This document shows positions 25,535 to 38,125 of a DNA stretch of 64,000 nucleotides, piece by piece. This DNA comes from Sphaerodactylus townsendi (Eukaryota), in the NCBI RefSeq assembly GCF_021028975.2, contig NC_059430.1:10974001-11038000 (forward strand). Direction: 5' to 3'. Both the position numbers and the translations under genes were made by a program. Positions within the stretch are counted from its first letter, which is position 1. Each line of letters opens with the position of its first letter. The notes beneath the pieces are model-generated. The model saw only the letters and a program-made list of their open reading frames with translations, was not told the DNA's origin and did no database searches.

Positions 25535-27680
25535 GCAGATCCAGATTATTTTAAATGGATCCGCATGAAATCCTATGATTTTTCCATTGGAGTGAAATGA
25601 AACCACCATGAAACTATAGAGCATGTCTTGGTCTACAGGCAACATCAAAACAATCGCGCATGTCACGCTCTGCGTCATCGCAGTGGCGCAAAAACCTGCT
25701 TGAAAGAGGATGGATCCTCATAATTTTTGCACTAAGTCACACCCAAATCACCACCACATCACAGCCCAAGCTGTAAGCCACATGTCTGAACACAATAATC
25801 ACACATCTCATGCTCCATGGCGCAGCAGTGGCGCAAAAATGTGGTTTAAAAGCATGGATCCTCATGATTTTTTCACTTGGTCGCCCCAAAATCACGAGCA
25901 CATCGCAGCTTTGCCACATATATGAACACAATGACCACGCATACTATGCTCAGTTGCGCCACAATGGTGCAAAAACCAGCCAGATCCAGATTATTTTAAA
26001 CGGATCCTCAAGAATTCATATGATTTTTCCATTGGAATGAAATGAAACCATCATGAAACTATAGAGCATGTCAAAGGCTCATTCCGCACATGCAGAATAA
26101 TGCACTTTCAAAGTGCTTTCAATGCTCTTTGAAGCTGTGCGGAATGGCAAAATCCACTTGCAAACAGTTGTGAAAATGGTTTGAAAACGCATTATTTTGC
26201 ATGTGCGGAAGGGGCCTTAGTCTACAGGCAGAACCAAAACAATCACGCATGCCACGCTCCGTGGCACCGCAGTAGTAAAAAACCTGCTTGAAAAACATGA
26301 ATACTCATAGACTCTCAAGATTTTTGCACTGTCACTCCCAAGGAGCAGCAGTGGCGTAGTGGCTAAGAGCAGTGGCTAAGAGCAGGTGCACTCTGATCTG
26401 GAGGAACCGGGTTTGATTCCCAGCTCTGCCGCTTGAGTTGTGGAGGCTTCTCTGGGGAATTCAGATTAGCCTGTGCACTCCCACACACGCCAGCTGGGTG
26501 ACCTTGGGCTAGTCACAGTTCTTCAGAACTCTCTCAGCCCCACCCACCTCACAGGGTGTTTGTTGTGAGGGGGGAAGGGCAAGGAGATTGTAAGCCCCTT
26601 TGAGTCTCCTGCAGGAGAGAAAGGGGGGATATAAATCCAAACTCTTCTTCTTCTTCTTCAAATCAGCAACAAATCATAGTCCAAGCCATTAGCCCCATGT
26701 CTGAACACAGCAATCACACATTCAACGCTTCGTAGCGCCGCAGTGGCCCAAAATCTGGCTTGAAAAACGTGGATCCTCCTGATTTTTGAACTATGTCACC
26801 CCAAAATAAATAACACATCACAGCTAACACCCTTTGCCACATGTCTGAACACAGCAACCACTAAGTCACCCCAAAATCACCAGCACATCACAGCTCAAGC
26901 TGTGAACCACATTTCTGAACATAGCAATCACTCATCCCACACTCCGTGGTGCCACAGCGGCCCAAAAACTTGCTTGAAAAATATGGATCCTTGTGGATCC
27001 TCCTGATTTACGCGGTCACTAAATCACCATCACTTCAGAGCCGAAGCCCTTAGCCACATGTCTGAACACAGCAATCATTCATCCCACGCCAGAAGGCCAA
27101 GAGTGGCCCAAAAAAATCTGGCTTGAAAAACGTGGATCCTCCTGATTTTTGAACTATGTCACCCCAAAATAAATAACACATCACAGCTAACACCCTTTGC
27201 CACATGTCTGAACACAGCAACCACTAAGTCACCCCAAAATCACCAGCACATCACAGCTCAAGCTGTGAACCACATTTCTGAACATAGCAATCACTCATCC
27301 CACACTCCGTGGTGCCACAGCGGCCCAAAAACTTGCTTGAAAAATATGGATCCTTGTGGATCCTCCTGATTTTTGCACTTGGTCACCCCTAAATCACCAT
27401 CACTTCAGAGCCGAAGCCCTTAGCCACATGTCTGAACACAGCAATCATTCATCCCATGCTCCGTGGTGCCACAGTGGCCCAAAAACTTGCTTGAAAAATA
27501 TGGATCCTTGTGGATCCTCCTGATTTTTGCACTTGGTCACCCCTAAATCACCATCACTTCAGAGCCGAAGCCCTTAGCCACATGTCTGAACACAGCAATC
27601 ACTCACCCCAAGCTCCGTTGTGCTACAGTGGCTCAAAAACTTGGTCATCCCTAAATCACCATCACATCGCAACCCAGGCT
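25535..27680. repeat. Complex minisatellite-like array with nested duplications
   Basis: Recurrent GCCACATGTCTGAACACAGCAATCA and GGATCCTCCTGATTTTTG; 26745-27105 resembles 27108-27475. Confidence 0.85.
26342..26659 (+). mobile_element. Squam3-like SINE
   Basis: Full-length; duplicated AGTGGCTAAGAGC in head. Confidence 0.9.
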
Positions 27681-28177
27681 CCAAAAGGTCAGGGGCCACT
27701 GATCTATTATGACAGCTATTCAAAGTAGGTCTTTTTCGGTAGTGGTGTTTGGGAAACCCCTGTGAAGTCTGCAGGGCTAGAAAACCAATAGTCTCTACCC
27801 TCCTCCCACAAAAAAACCCAGTCAAGTCACCCTGACTCAGCAAACCTTGAAAAAGATAAAAAGTAAAGGGCTTCCTTTCTGACTGCTTTCGTACAAACGG
27901 GGATGGCTTAACCAGTTACACGGCCATGCACTCCTTGGAAGAAGGATGGGATAAAAATACAAGAGAAATAAAAATCAACTTGTAACACCGGCATAGCACT
28001 GCACATAGATAATTCACCTGCCAACAGACCCCCTCTCTGACCCCCTTTCTATATGGACACATAGCAAAGGAAATGCAAGTGGTCATTAAGGAAAACAGAA
28101 AGTCTGCAACTATCTCCCATATCTTCCCTGTTCTCCCTCAAAGCAAGTTCCTCATGCTCCAGAGAACATACAACAGA

Positions 28178-28632
28178 CATAAGAACATAAGAACAAGCCA
28201 GTTGGATCAGACCAGAGTCCATCTAGTCCAGCTCTCTGCTACTCGCAGTGGCCCACCAGATGCCTTTGGGAGCTCACATGCAAGATGTGAAAGCAATGGC
28301 CTTCTGCGGCTTTTGCTCCCAAGCACCTGGACTGTTAAGGCATTTGCAATCTCAGATCAAAGAGGATCAAGATTGGTAGCCATAAATTGACTTCTCCTCC
28401 ACAAATCTATCCAAGCCCCTTTTAAAGCTATCCAGGTGAGTGGCCATCACCACCTCCTGTGGCAGCATATTCCAAACACCAATCACACGTTGTGTGAAGA
28501 AGTGTTTCCTTTTATTAGTCCTAATTCTTCCCCCCAGCATTTTCAATGGATGCCCCCTGGTTCTAGTATTGTGAGAAAGAGAGAAAAATTTATCTCTGTC
28601 AACATTTTCTATCCCACGCATAATTTTATAGA
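28178..28632 (-). mobile_element. CR1 LINE 3' end
   Basis: ORF 28367-28621 is the CR1 ORF2 C-terminus; ATAAGAAC tail. Confidence 0.9.
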
Positions 28633-29465
28633 CAGAGAGGGCCAGTTCTCCCCAACTGTAGCACTGGTACAGGTAGGAGAAAGCAGTTTCTGCAAGTTTC
28701 TACTGAGTGCTATGGGAATTCTCCATAAGTGAATTTGTCCCTTAGGTGTGGTTTATTGGAACTGGTCTGTTTGTTTGTTGTTTTAATTTGGACTGCTGGG
28801 AATATTATGGTTTTCCCTTTCCTAGTCCAAATCGTTGGAAGGAACCCTTCCAGGGAGGTAGGCGGGCATAAATAATTAAAACCAACCAACCCAAAGTCTA
28901 CTGCAAAAAAAATAATTAAAATCAATCAGTTTAAGAACTACCGAAAAGTATTACCACAACTAATCATTACTAACTCGCATCCTCCCTAAACTGGACAGAT
29001 CATATAGTGTAAAACCTTCTCTAGAACCAGCACTCCTGACAAATAAAAAAGGTGGAGAGCGAGCAGATATGTAACTGATGTTAAGTTAGGAGGTCCTTGG
29101 CAAGGGCGAGCCACGCAAACCGGCCGCTTCTGCACATGCAGAATAATGCACTTTCAAGCCACTTCCACAACTGTTTGCAAGTGGATTTTGCTATTCCACA
29201 CAGTCAAATCCAGCCAGAAAGTGGATTGAAAGTGCATTATTCTGCATGTGCGGAAGGGGCCCAAGGACACAGTCCCACAAGACGACCCTCTCTCCCTTAG
29301 CCATGTGCAAAGCCCACCCAATGCCCAGAGCTCCCGCCGCGCCATATTTAAAACCTGCCCGTGTTGAGAAGGACCAGGCAGGGGGGGGGGGACTCGCTAA
29401 CATGGCTCCCCGGCCCCCCTTCCGCACATGCAGAATAATGCACTTTCAATCCAATTTCAATTCAA

Positions 29466-29765
29466 GGAGCAGCAGTGGCGTAGGAGGTTAAGAGCTCGTG
29501 CATCTAATCTGGAGGAACCGGGTTTGATTCCCAGCTCTGCCGCCTGAGCTGTGGAGGCTTCTCTGGGGAATTCACATTAGCCCGTGCACTCCCACACACG
29601 CCAGCTGGGTGACCTTGGGCTAGTCACAGCTTCTCGGCGCTCTCTCAGCCCCACCCACCTCACAGGGTGCTTGTTGTGAGGGGGGGAAGGGCAAGGAGAT
29701 GGTCAGCCCCTTTGAGTCTCCTGCAGGAGAGATGGGGGGGGATATGAATCCAAACTCCTCCTCCT
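29466..29765 (+). mobile_element. Squam3-like SINE inserted in a palindromic MITE (29414-29876)
   Basis: SINE flanked by the two MITE halves. Confidence 0.88.
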
Positions 29766-29967
29766 CCACTTTCAATGCACTTTGCAGCTGTGCGGAATAG
29801 CCAGATCCACTGGCAAACAACAGTTGCGAATGTGGACTGGAAGTGCATTATTCTGCAGGTGCGGAAAGGGGGCCAGGGAGGCCTACCTGCCCGTCTCTCC
29901 CTCTCCAACGCCGGCTGGGCCTCCTCCGCCTGCAGCCACCTTCAGTGCCCAGCCAGCGCCCACCTAC

Positions 29968-30365
29968 CGGTTGAGAAGGTGGGGAGCAAAGCCAGGTGAG
30001 AAGCAGGCGGCAGCGCAGCGCCCCCAAATCACCCCCGCCCGGAGGCATCAAGCCTAAACGGAGGAGGAGGAGGAGGAGGAGGAGGAGGAGGAGGACGCGG
30101 CGGCAGGAATCTGTCTGCATCCTGGGGACGTCACTGCGCTCCTCGTCCCTCCCTGCCGGTGCACACTCGCAGGCGCGCGCAGTTGCCGGGCCCCGCGCGC
30201 CCCCTCCCGCCCGCCCGCGCGTGCGCGCAGCCAGCCCCGGAGGCTGAACGCCATTGCCTTGGAGTTGGCTTCCCGGCTCTCCTCCCCCGCTTCGGGACAG
30301 CCGCTCGGCATCATCTCGCGCCCCACCTTCCCCACGGCGTTGCCTCCCCCATAGAGAACGCGTTG
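29968..30365 (-). promoter_or_regulatory. AGTPBP1: AGTPBP1 CpG-island promoter and non-coding first exon (donor CCG|GTAGGT at 29968)
   Basis: Very CpG/GC-rich 30095-30360 with GC boxes, GACGTCA CRE-like site and CCATAGAG; (GAG)11 at 30061-30093; minus-strand donor upstream of the ATG exon. Exact TSS unknown. Confidence 0.75.
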
Positions 30366-31005
30366 AGGACACACACAAGTGCAAGAGGAAGGAGACTGGC
30401 CCTCCAGATGTTATGGACTGCAGCTCCCATCATCCCCTGCCAGCATGATGCTGGCAGGGGGTGATGGGAACTGTAGTCCATAACATCTGGAGGGGCCCGC
30501 GAGTTTGACCCCTATCAGGGGTAGGGAACCTGCGGCTCTCCAGATGTTCAGGAACTACAATTCCCATCAGCCCCTACCAGCATGGCCAATTGGCCATGCT
30601 GACAGGCTTTGATAGGGTGGGGTCCTGAATATCTGGAAGAGCCTGACCTCGAGACGGATCCCAAATTAGAATAGAATCTTTATTGGCCAAGTGTGATTGG
30701 ACACACAAGGAATTTGTCTCCGGTGCATATGCTCTCAGTGTACATAAAAGAAAAATACATTTGTCAAGAATCATCAGGTACAGCACTTGGAGGTTGACAA
30801 TGCCTCTGGATTTGAAAGAGGTGGTGTCTTGGTCTTTAGCAAGCCTGCAAAGCAAGAGAGCTCAGGACTGAGCAGGCATCGCGCGCATCTCTTATGCAAC
30901 CAGCAGCCTCCTCTAGAGTACAGATAGTATTGTCATCATCTGGGCGCTCTCCCAACCAGCTCAAACACCACGTCTCTACATGGTGTTTCCCCAACTATTA
31001 CTAAA

Positions 31006-31233
31006 GAAGAAGAGTTTGGATTTATAGCCCCCCTTTCTCTCCTGCAAGGAGACTCAAAGGGGCTGACAATCTCCTTTCCCTCCCCCCCTCACAACAAACA
31101 CCCTGTGAGGCCGGTGGGGCTCAGAGAGCTCCCAAGAACTGTGGCTAGCCCAAGGGCACCCAGCTGGTGTGTGCAGGAGCGCACAGGCTAGTCTGAATTC
31201 CCCAGATAAGCCTCCACAGCTCAAGTGGCAGAG
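31006..31233 (-). mobile_element. Squam3-like SINE, 5'-truncated by CR1
   Basis: Same family. Confidence 0.85.
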
Positions 31234-31237
31234 CAAG

Positions 31238-31694
31238 GAAGTCTATAAAATTATGCATGGGGTAGAAAATGTTGACAGAGAGAAATTTTTCTCTCTTTCT
31301 CACAATCCTAGAACCAGGAGGCATCCATTGAAAATGCTGGGGGGAAGAATTAGGACTGATAAAAGGAAACAGTTCTTCACACAACGTGTGATTGGTGTTT
31401 GGAATATGCTGCCACAGGAGGGGGTGATGGCCACTCACCTGGATAGCTTTAAAAGGGGCTTGGATAGATTTATGGAGGAGAAGTCGATCTATGGCTACCA
31501 ATCTTGATCCTCTTTGATCTGAGATTGCAAATGCTTAACAGACCAGGTGCTCAGGAGCAGCAGCAGCAGCAGCAGAAGGCCATTGCTTTCGCAACCTGCA
31601 CGTGAGTTCCCAAAGGCACCTGGTGGGCCACTGCGAATAGCAGAGTGCTGGACTAGATGGACTCTGGTCCGATCCAGCAGGCTCGTTCTTATGT
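31238..31694 (+). mobile_element. CR1 LINE 3' end
   Basis: EVYKIMHGVENVDREKFF...; ends at assembly gap. Confidence 0.9.
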
Positions 31695-33506
31695 NNNNNN
31701 NNNNNNNNNNNNNNNNNNNNNNNNNNNNNNNNNNNNNNNNNNNNNNNNNNNNNNNNNNNNNNNNNNNNNNNNNNNNNNNNNNNNNNNNNNNNNNNNNNNN
31801 NNNNNNNNNNNNNNNNNNNNNNNNNNNNNNNNNNNNNNNNNNNNNNNNNNNNNNNNNNNNNNNNNCTGAAGTTTCCCTGCACAGGTCGTCCAGCAGCAAT
31901 AATCCCACATGTGTTTTTAATCTGGAAACTGAATACTGTTACACTGATATAATGTTATAACAATGTGTAGCAGGTTCTCTGAATTCCCAGTTCTCGTTTT
32001 TTAGAAAGGTCGTCCGTTTCATTTCGGAGACACACCTTCCTCTTTATATCTCTGCAACCAAAGGTGCTGAAAAGCATTTCTTTTTCAATAAAAGCAAAGA
32101 ATCCAGAGAATCTGTTACACATATCATCTGTTAGACATATTATTATACAACATTAGTAGACTGAGGAAATGGCTGTCCGTCGTGAGGGCCAGACCTGGAC
32201 ATTCTAAACTTTCATGCCCACAAAGCATCCAGGTTTTTGCTGCAATCTTTCCCAAAAGTTCATAGCAAAGCAGGGGAAATCCAAGGAGATGCACAAAGAC
32301 AGAGTGATGCTGTGGGAATTGTGTGTGTGTGTGGGGTGGTGGTGATGGTGGATAAGATTCCCAACAGCATTGAACCCAGGGCAAATAACCTATAAGGAAA
32401 TAGCCCAGGACAACTTTTATTTCTCTCCTGTAACAGTAGGAATGATAGGCACTCAAGGGGCAGCCGATAATGTACAGACATGCTTTCTCACTCAAAAGTT
32501 GTAGAATTTGCTACCACCCAGTGATGAATTAGGTACCACTGGGCTGATTTAATACAGCTGTTCTTTATGTTCACTTTCTATCACATCCCTTTTTTAATTT
32601 CTTACTTCGAATTAGGTCAACCTAAATGATGACACTCCGGTGTAAAATGTTATGATTTCCTTTTCACCCCTCCTCCTCAAATCTATAGAAACCTGTACAC
32701 AAGTACAATGGGATCAACGTAACGTTATCATCATTTGTAAGATTTCGATAGTACTTTTCCACCCTATATGGCCCTCAATGCAGCTTACAAAATCTAATAC
32801 ATATTCGCGGTTACTAAACAGATGTCCTATTGTCCTCTCCTGGTTGTTAAGCATAAGCATAAGCATTTATTGTCATTGTGCCCGCACAACGAAATTTACA
32901 GCAGCATTCCTCGATGCGCACAATTCCAGACTCATACCCCATCCTCACTTTCCCCTTCCTCCACCCATCCCTACACAGCCCCAAACACATCAACAATAAG
33001 GTCTTTATGTATCCCTTTATCTTTCTAAGTGTGTTAACATAATGATGGTGCCCTACTTTATGTTTGTGGATTTCCAAATAAATTCTTATGATCTATTTTA
33101 TTACGTATGTTTTAGCTACAAAATAATAACATAATGCAGTGTTGCGACCTTCCCAAAGGCAATGGAGCAAGTGTGTTGGGGCAAGCAGCAGCGCCCCACA
33201 CACACAGGTTGATGTCCCCGACCCCCGACCCCAAGCCATCTCCCATACTTTCTGTGTCAAAAGACTGCAACCGCCCCTGAAAGGAAGGCAAGGAGGACCC
33301 ATCACCAAGGGTTGGCGCTGGCAGGAAACCACACCAGGCATGAGCCGGTGGAGCCAAAGTTCCAGTCATGGTGGCAGAGGGGTGGCGACTGTGGTGCCCA
33401 CGCCATGGACCTCAGGCAGATAACCTGTAACAGTGGCACACCACTAGGAGCAGCAGTGGCGTAGGAGGTTAAGAGCTCGTGTATCTAATCTGGAGGAACC
33501 GGGTTT

Positions 33507-34315
33507 CAATTCAATTCAATAAGCCTTTATTGGCCTATACCAGGGGTCGGCAACCTTTAACACCCAAAGAGCCATTTGGACCCGTTTTCCACGGAACAGA
33601 AAACACTTGGAGCCGCAAATACTTTTTGACTGTCTCAGGCTGCGCCTCTCTAGGAACAGAGGCTCTTTCCCATTAACCCTTAGGGCGACTCTCCGAAGGA
33701 GGCTGGGAGGACCCAAGCCACATGGAGCCGCAGTGCAAGGCCGAAAGAGCCGCATGCGGATCCGGAGCTTCAGGTTGCAGACCCCTGGCCTATACGATAG
33801 TATAAAAATATATACACGATAGTATACACGATAGTATAAAAATACAGTTCCAGTTAAAAAGTGAATAGTAAAAAACTTCACGTTTGTCATACATTCAGTT
33901 TACAAACTTCTGACAAAAACTTTGCCACTATAAGGCAACAATGAAAATCCTGACAATTTAAAAGTGTAACTACTTTATCTGATTCAGTATAATCAATCAT
34001 AGAGTCTATAGCTTGGGATAACAGGCTGGATCGGAGTTCTTAGTATAATAAGCAGTTCAGGAGAATGTGTGGGATGGAATCCAGCTGTCCTAGGCTACAG
34101 GGACAGAACCTCTTATCGCTTGGAAGACCTTTAAGTCTTCCTCTATGTAGCAGAGATGGCATGATATTAAATCTAGCCAGCATATAGGCTCTCCTGTGTA
34201 TAGGATTTGTGAGCGCTATAATATAATAGGCTGGGTATCCCTGCGTGAAAGGAATTGACATATTTGTTGGTGAACAAGATTTATTTGCCAAGCTCTGCAG
34301 TTGTTGGTTAAGAGC
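33507..34315 (-). mobile_element. RTE-X-like LINE 3' fragment inserted into a SINE
   Basis: RFCPCSLGQLDSIPHILLNCLLY CCHC knuckle; 9-bp TSD ACCGGGTTT (33498-506 / 34316-24). Confidence 0.75.
33541..33787. mobile_element. hAT (Charlie-like) MITE
   Basis: 8-bp TSD GCCTATAC. Confidence 0.9.
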
Positions 34316-34779
34316 ACCGGGTTTGATTCCCCGCTCTGCCGCCTGAGCTGTGGAGGTTTATCTGGGGAATTCAGACTAGCCTGTGCACTCCCACACACGC
34401 CAGCTGGGTGACCTTGGGCTAGTCACAGCTTCTCGGAGCTCTCTCAGCCCCACCTACCTCACAGGGCATTTGTTGTGAGGGGGGAAGGGCAAGGAGATTG
34501 TAAGCCCCTTTGAGTCTCCTGCAGGAGAGAAAGGGGGGATATAAATCCAAACTCTTATTCTTCTAGGCAGCCCAGCTCATGAGCAGTTATGTGGGAAACA
34601 GTCTTAATGGGCCTACGCCCACCAGAGCTGCATGGCCTCCTCCCAGCAGCTGCCATGTTCAATTACATGTAGGGTGGGCCAGCCACCTCTGGCTTGAACA
34701 GGAGCACAGCCACCATGGGAGACTGGCAGGCTACACCCACTGGTCCACTCTGGGCTCACAGTCATGGGAGGAGGGAATG

Positions 34780-35380
34780 GGCAGCGTGGTGTTAAGAGCA
34801 GGTGCACTCTAATCTGGAGAACTGGGTTTGATTCCCCGCTCTGAGCTGTGGAGGCTTATCTGGGGAACTNNNNNNNNNNNNNNNNNNNNNNNNNNNNNNN
34901 NNNNNNNNNNNNNNNNNNNNNNNNNNNNNNNNNNNNNNNNNNNNNNNNNNNNNNNNNNNNNNNNNNNNNNNNNNNNNNNNNNNNNNNNNNNNNNNNNNNN
35001 NNNNNNNNNNNNNNNNNNNNNNNNNNNNNNNNNNNNNNNNNNNNNNNNNNNNNNNNNNNNNNNNNNNNNNNNNNNNNNNNNNNNNNNNNNNNNNNNNNNN
35101 NNNNNNNNNNNNNNNNNNNNNNNNNNNNNNNNNNNNNNNNNNNNNNNNNNCCGCCTGAGCTGTGGAGGTTTATCTGGGGAATTCAGACTAACCTGTGCGC
35201 TCCCACACATGCCAGCTGGGTGACCTTGGGCTAGTCACAGTTCTTAGGAGCTCTCTGAGCCCCACCCACCTCACAGGGTGTTTGTTGTGAGGGGGGAAGG
35301 GAAAGGAGTTTGTAATCCCCTTTGAGTCTCCTTACAGGAGAGAAAGGGGGGATATAAATCCAACTCTTCTTCTTCTTCAG
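34780..35380 (+). mobile_element. Squam3-like SINE(s) spanning assembly gap
   Basis: Same family on both sides of the N run. Confidence 0.8.
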
Positions 35381-35739
35381 ATGCACCTGCCAACAGGGAT
35401 TATGGCCCCTTTGTTTAGGCAATACCCATGCAGAAGTTTGGTTGTTTCTGAGCTTGGGACTCCAACTGTTCACAGCTCTCAGCCGGTCTGATAGGGAGAG
35501 TGGTTTATAAAATGAATAAAATATATTTTTTTAAAAACCTTCCAAAATATTACATCATTCTTACTTCCTTAGTCCCTCTCCAGAGCTCCTCATATCCAAT
35601 ACACTGTAAACCTCTCCAAATCAACAACATGGCAAAATTATATTATCCCATTTTAAAAGTTGCAACTCAGCTCTGCTCATCTGAGTAACTCCATTCCAAG
35701 AGCAGTCCACAGAATTTCACCTGTGCAACAAAGCAAGTC

Positions 35740-37026
35740 TTACTCTAGCTTCATTTTCTGGGTCGCTTTTCCTGGGCAATAGTGAGAAATAATCTGCACC
35801 AGAATTGCACAGTTGGCAAAAAGAAAGAACAAGCCTGCTAGCCACGTGAGCAAGAAAGTGTTCTGCCCTTCAAATTCCAAAAAGTAGGCTGGTGCCAGCC
35901 ACAGCGCTTGCCCAACAAGCCAGAGCAGGAGAAGGAACGCAGCCCTCTCCCAGGACATCCTCAAAAGTGGGATTACGGGGGGCAGAAGGCAAAGGTACCA
36001 CAGAAAATACTGGGAGGTGCACACTTTGTTAAAACTCACAAAAACGACAGTGTTCAGGAAGCAACAGAAGATGAGATCTTTGTAGCAAGTGAACGAGAGA
36101 GCTACAAGCAGCAGAAACTGAGGAAAGAAAGCCGCAAGGCCAAGGAAAAAACTCCACTCGTTTTTTGCAGTCAAGTACAGCATGTAGAAATAGGGTGAGA
36201 AGTTGTGTCGGATATCTCTGCGGGTCAGGTGGTAGAGATACGTCTGCTCCAGGAAGTCCCAACCGTAAGAGAAATAAAAAACAAGGCCTAGGGCTGCGAA
36301 GGTCCATCCTGCCACAGCTCCGAAAAGCAGAACGTCCCGACTGAACGTCCTTCCAAAAAGCTGCCGGAAACTGCCGAAAGAGCGGCTAATTTTCCCTTTC
36401 TTCAACACGTCTGTCTTTTCTTCCTCGCCGCTTCGGCCGCGTTGCAAATGGAGAACTATGGGCAACGCGTAGATCGCTGGGTAAATTTTCATATGTACGG
36501 ATAGGCCGTAAAGAACGGCAGCCTTGGTTAGATGCCTCTTTTCCATATAATACATGGTGCCCAGAACTAGGCCTGCTACAAGGGATTCAGCGTTTCCTCG
36601 GCTAGATACAGTCATCGGCAGAGGATTGAGGACCCAGAACGCACAGCACTGACACGCCATCTTGCTGTCCTGCCCTCGGAGCAAAATAATCTCATACATG
36701 AGGTTGGCAGCCACCAGATCCCCAATAATAAAGAGGAGCTTTCCGTACAGATGAGTAATGTAGATGTTTGGGGTTAAGATCCAGGCCAGCAATGGCGTAT
36801 AACGGTAGGTCGCTCTTAAGTACGGAGACTTCGCCTCCGTGATGTATTGGGCAGCATCAGTGAATACTTGATAGTCAATGTCGGTGTATTTTACCAGCAT
36901 TGTTCTGTCCTGATAAACTCCGTAAAAGACAAGCATAAGTCTGATGACGAAAGCACCGCCAAACAAAACATCTTTCCTGAGAAATCTTGTAAAAATTGGT
37001 TTCCAAGATATCCGGTGGGAAATCAT
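35740..37026 (-). CDS. PIGM: GPI mannosyltransferase 1 (PIG-M), intact single-exon CDS, 428 aa
   Basis: [14 protein letters not shown] (DXD motif), [56 protein letters not shown]; multi-pass hydrophobic; C-terminal KMKLE fits the KxKxx ER-retrieval motif. Confidence 0.98.
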   Translation of the reverse strand: MISHRISWKPIFTRFLRKDVLFGGAFVIRLMLVFYGVYQDRTMLVKYTDIDYQVFTDAAQYITEAKSPYLRATYRYTPLLAWILTPNIYITHLYGKLLFIIGDLVAANLMYEIILLRGQDSKMACQCCAFWVLNPLPMTVSSRGNAESLVAGLVLGTMYYMEKRHLTKAAVLYGLSVHMKIYPAIYALPIVLHLQRGRSGEEEKTDVLKKGKISRSFGSFRQLFGRTFSRDVLLFGAVAGWTFAALGLVFYFSYGWDFLEQTYLYHLTRRDIRHNFSPYFYMLYLTAKNEWSFFLGLAAFFPQFLLLVALSFTCYKDLIFCCFLNTVVFVSFNKVCTSQYFLWYLCLLPPVIPLLRMSWERAAFLLLLWLVGQALWLAPAYFLEFEGQNTFLLTWLAGLFFLFANCAILVQIISHYCPGKATQKMKLE

Positions 37027-37989
37027 ATTTGGTCCTCTTCAAAAGAAATCAAAACGAGAAATAAAACTTAGCGTGGAGTCAGGCTTGAACCATCCTCTGG
37101 TTTTGCTTCTGTCTGAATAAGAAAATGAAATTAGCCTCTGTACGGAATGCAAAGGGGAGCTGGGTTCAGATCACGAGCAGTCCCGTTGGAAAGCCAAAAA
37201 GCAGTTAAGAAAAGGAAAAGGGTTTTAGCTTGGTGAGCACAGTACAGGAAGGAACAAAAAAAGTGTTTGGTTTGGTTTTCTTGTTGCAGGTTCCTCTTTA
37301 AGGATTGGGTGTCAACAAACAGGAACCCTCAAGGACCTACATCTCATTTCCCCCTTTCCCACTATTTCTTCTTTCCCTTCCCCGAAAGCCCCCGTAGCCA
37401 TTCCTTTTTCCTTCCTCCATTCCACCTCCCAACCAACCTTATATATCCCTGGCACGACCACCCAGTCTCCAGTTTTCCATCTTGCAGGCCCAGTTACACA
37501 GTGGGGAACCTACAAGAATGCGCAAGGGATACTTCATTGTCTCCTGTATACTTTCCCCAGACTATGTGCTCACCTTCCACTGCCTGCTTCTCTCCTTCCC
37601 ACCCACCTACCCATTAACCTTTTCATCTTCAGCTATATTTCTTTCATTGATACCCCCCACCTTTCTCCACAATGAAGACCCAAAACAAATGACTTCATTC
37701 TCATCTCCGCATCATGCTGGCAGGGGATGATGGGAACTGTAGTCCATAACATCTGGAGGGGCCGCAAGTTTGACACTGGCGGTGACTGCTGGCTTTGAGT
37801 ACAAATGGATCCCCTTCGGGGATCGGGCGGTATACAAATTAAATAAATAATAATAATAATAATAAATTCCTCCTAGGGATGGAACTGTTTCAACAACAGC
37901 CCTGCTCCTTCCCAACTCAGTAGGATTCGTTTGGAAGAAGAGCCCCTGCGACTCCTGCACCTGTGCAGGGAGCCCCTGCAAGAACGAAC

Positions 37990-38125
37990 GGAGGGAGCCA
38001 ATCAGAGAAGCTGTTCAGTATTTCCCTGGCACTTGAGGAGTTCTCTTCCCCTCTAGTGGTGGAAATGGGGTTTAGCTGCGCCTGCGCGTTAGCAGAACTG
38101 AAGCCAGCCCTGCGAAGGCGGAAGC
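37990..38125. promoter_or_regulatory. Motif cluster (CCAAT, CTCF-like, NRF1-like, ETS)
   Basis: AGCCAATCAG, CCCTCTAGTGGTGG, TGCGCCTGCGCG and GCGGAAGC within ~130 bp. Confidence 0.4.

Larger units (their letters stand above)
33448..34563 (+). mobile_element. Squam3-like SINE split by LINE and hAT insertions
   Basis: Head 33448-33506, body 34316-34563. Confidence 0.85.

Noticed and set aside
25535-27680. CRISPR-like repeat/spacer pattern
   Set aside because: Vertebrate intron; the 'spacers' are themselves homologous repeats; no cas genes.
29848-30384. 178-aa poly-Leu ORF and overlapping poly-Arg/poly-Ser ORFs as stand-alone genes
   Set aside because: Stop-poor CpG island plus a (GAG)n microsatellite; only the spliced uORF part is kept as a hypothesis.
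35740-37026. PIGM as a processed pseudogene
   Set aside because: ORF is intact with DXD and KxKxx motifs; the PIGM CDS is also intronless in human; no poly-A/TSD scar seen.
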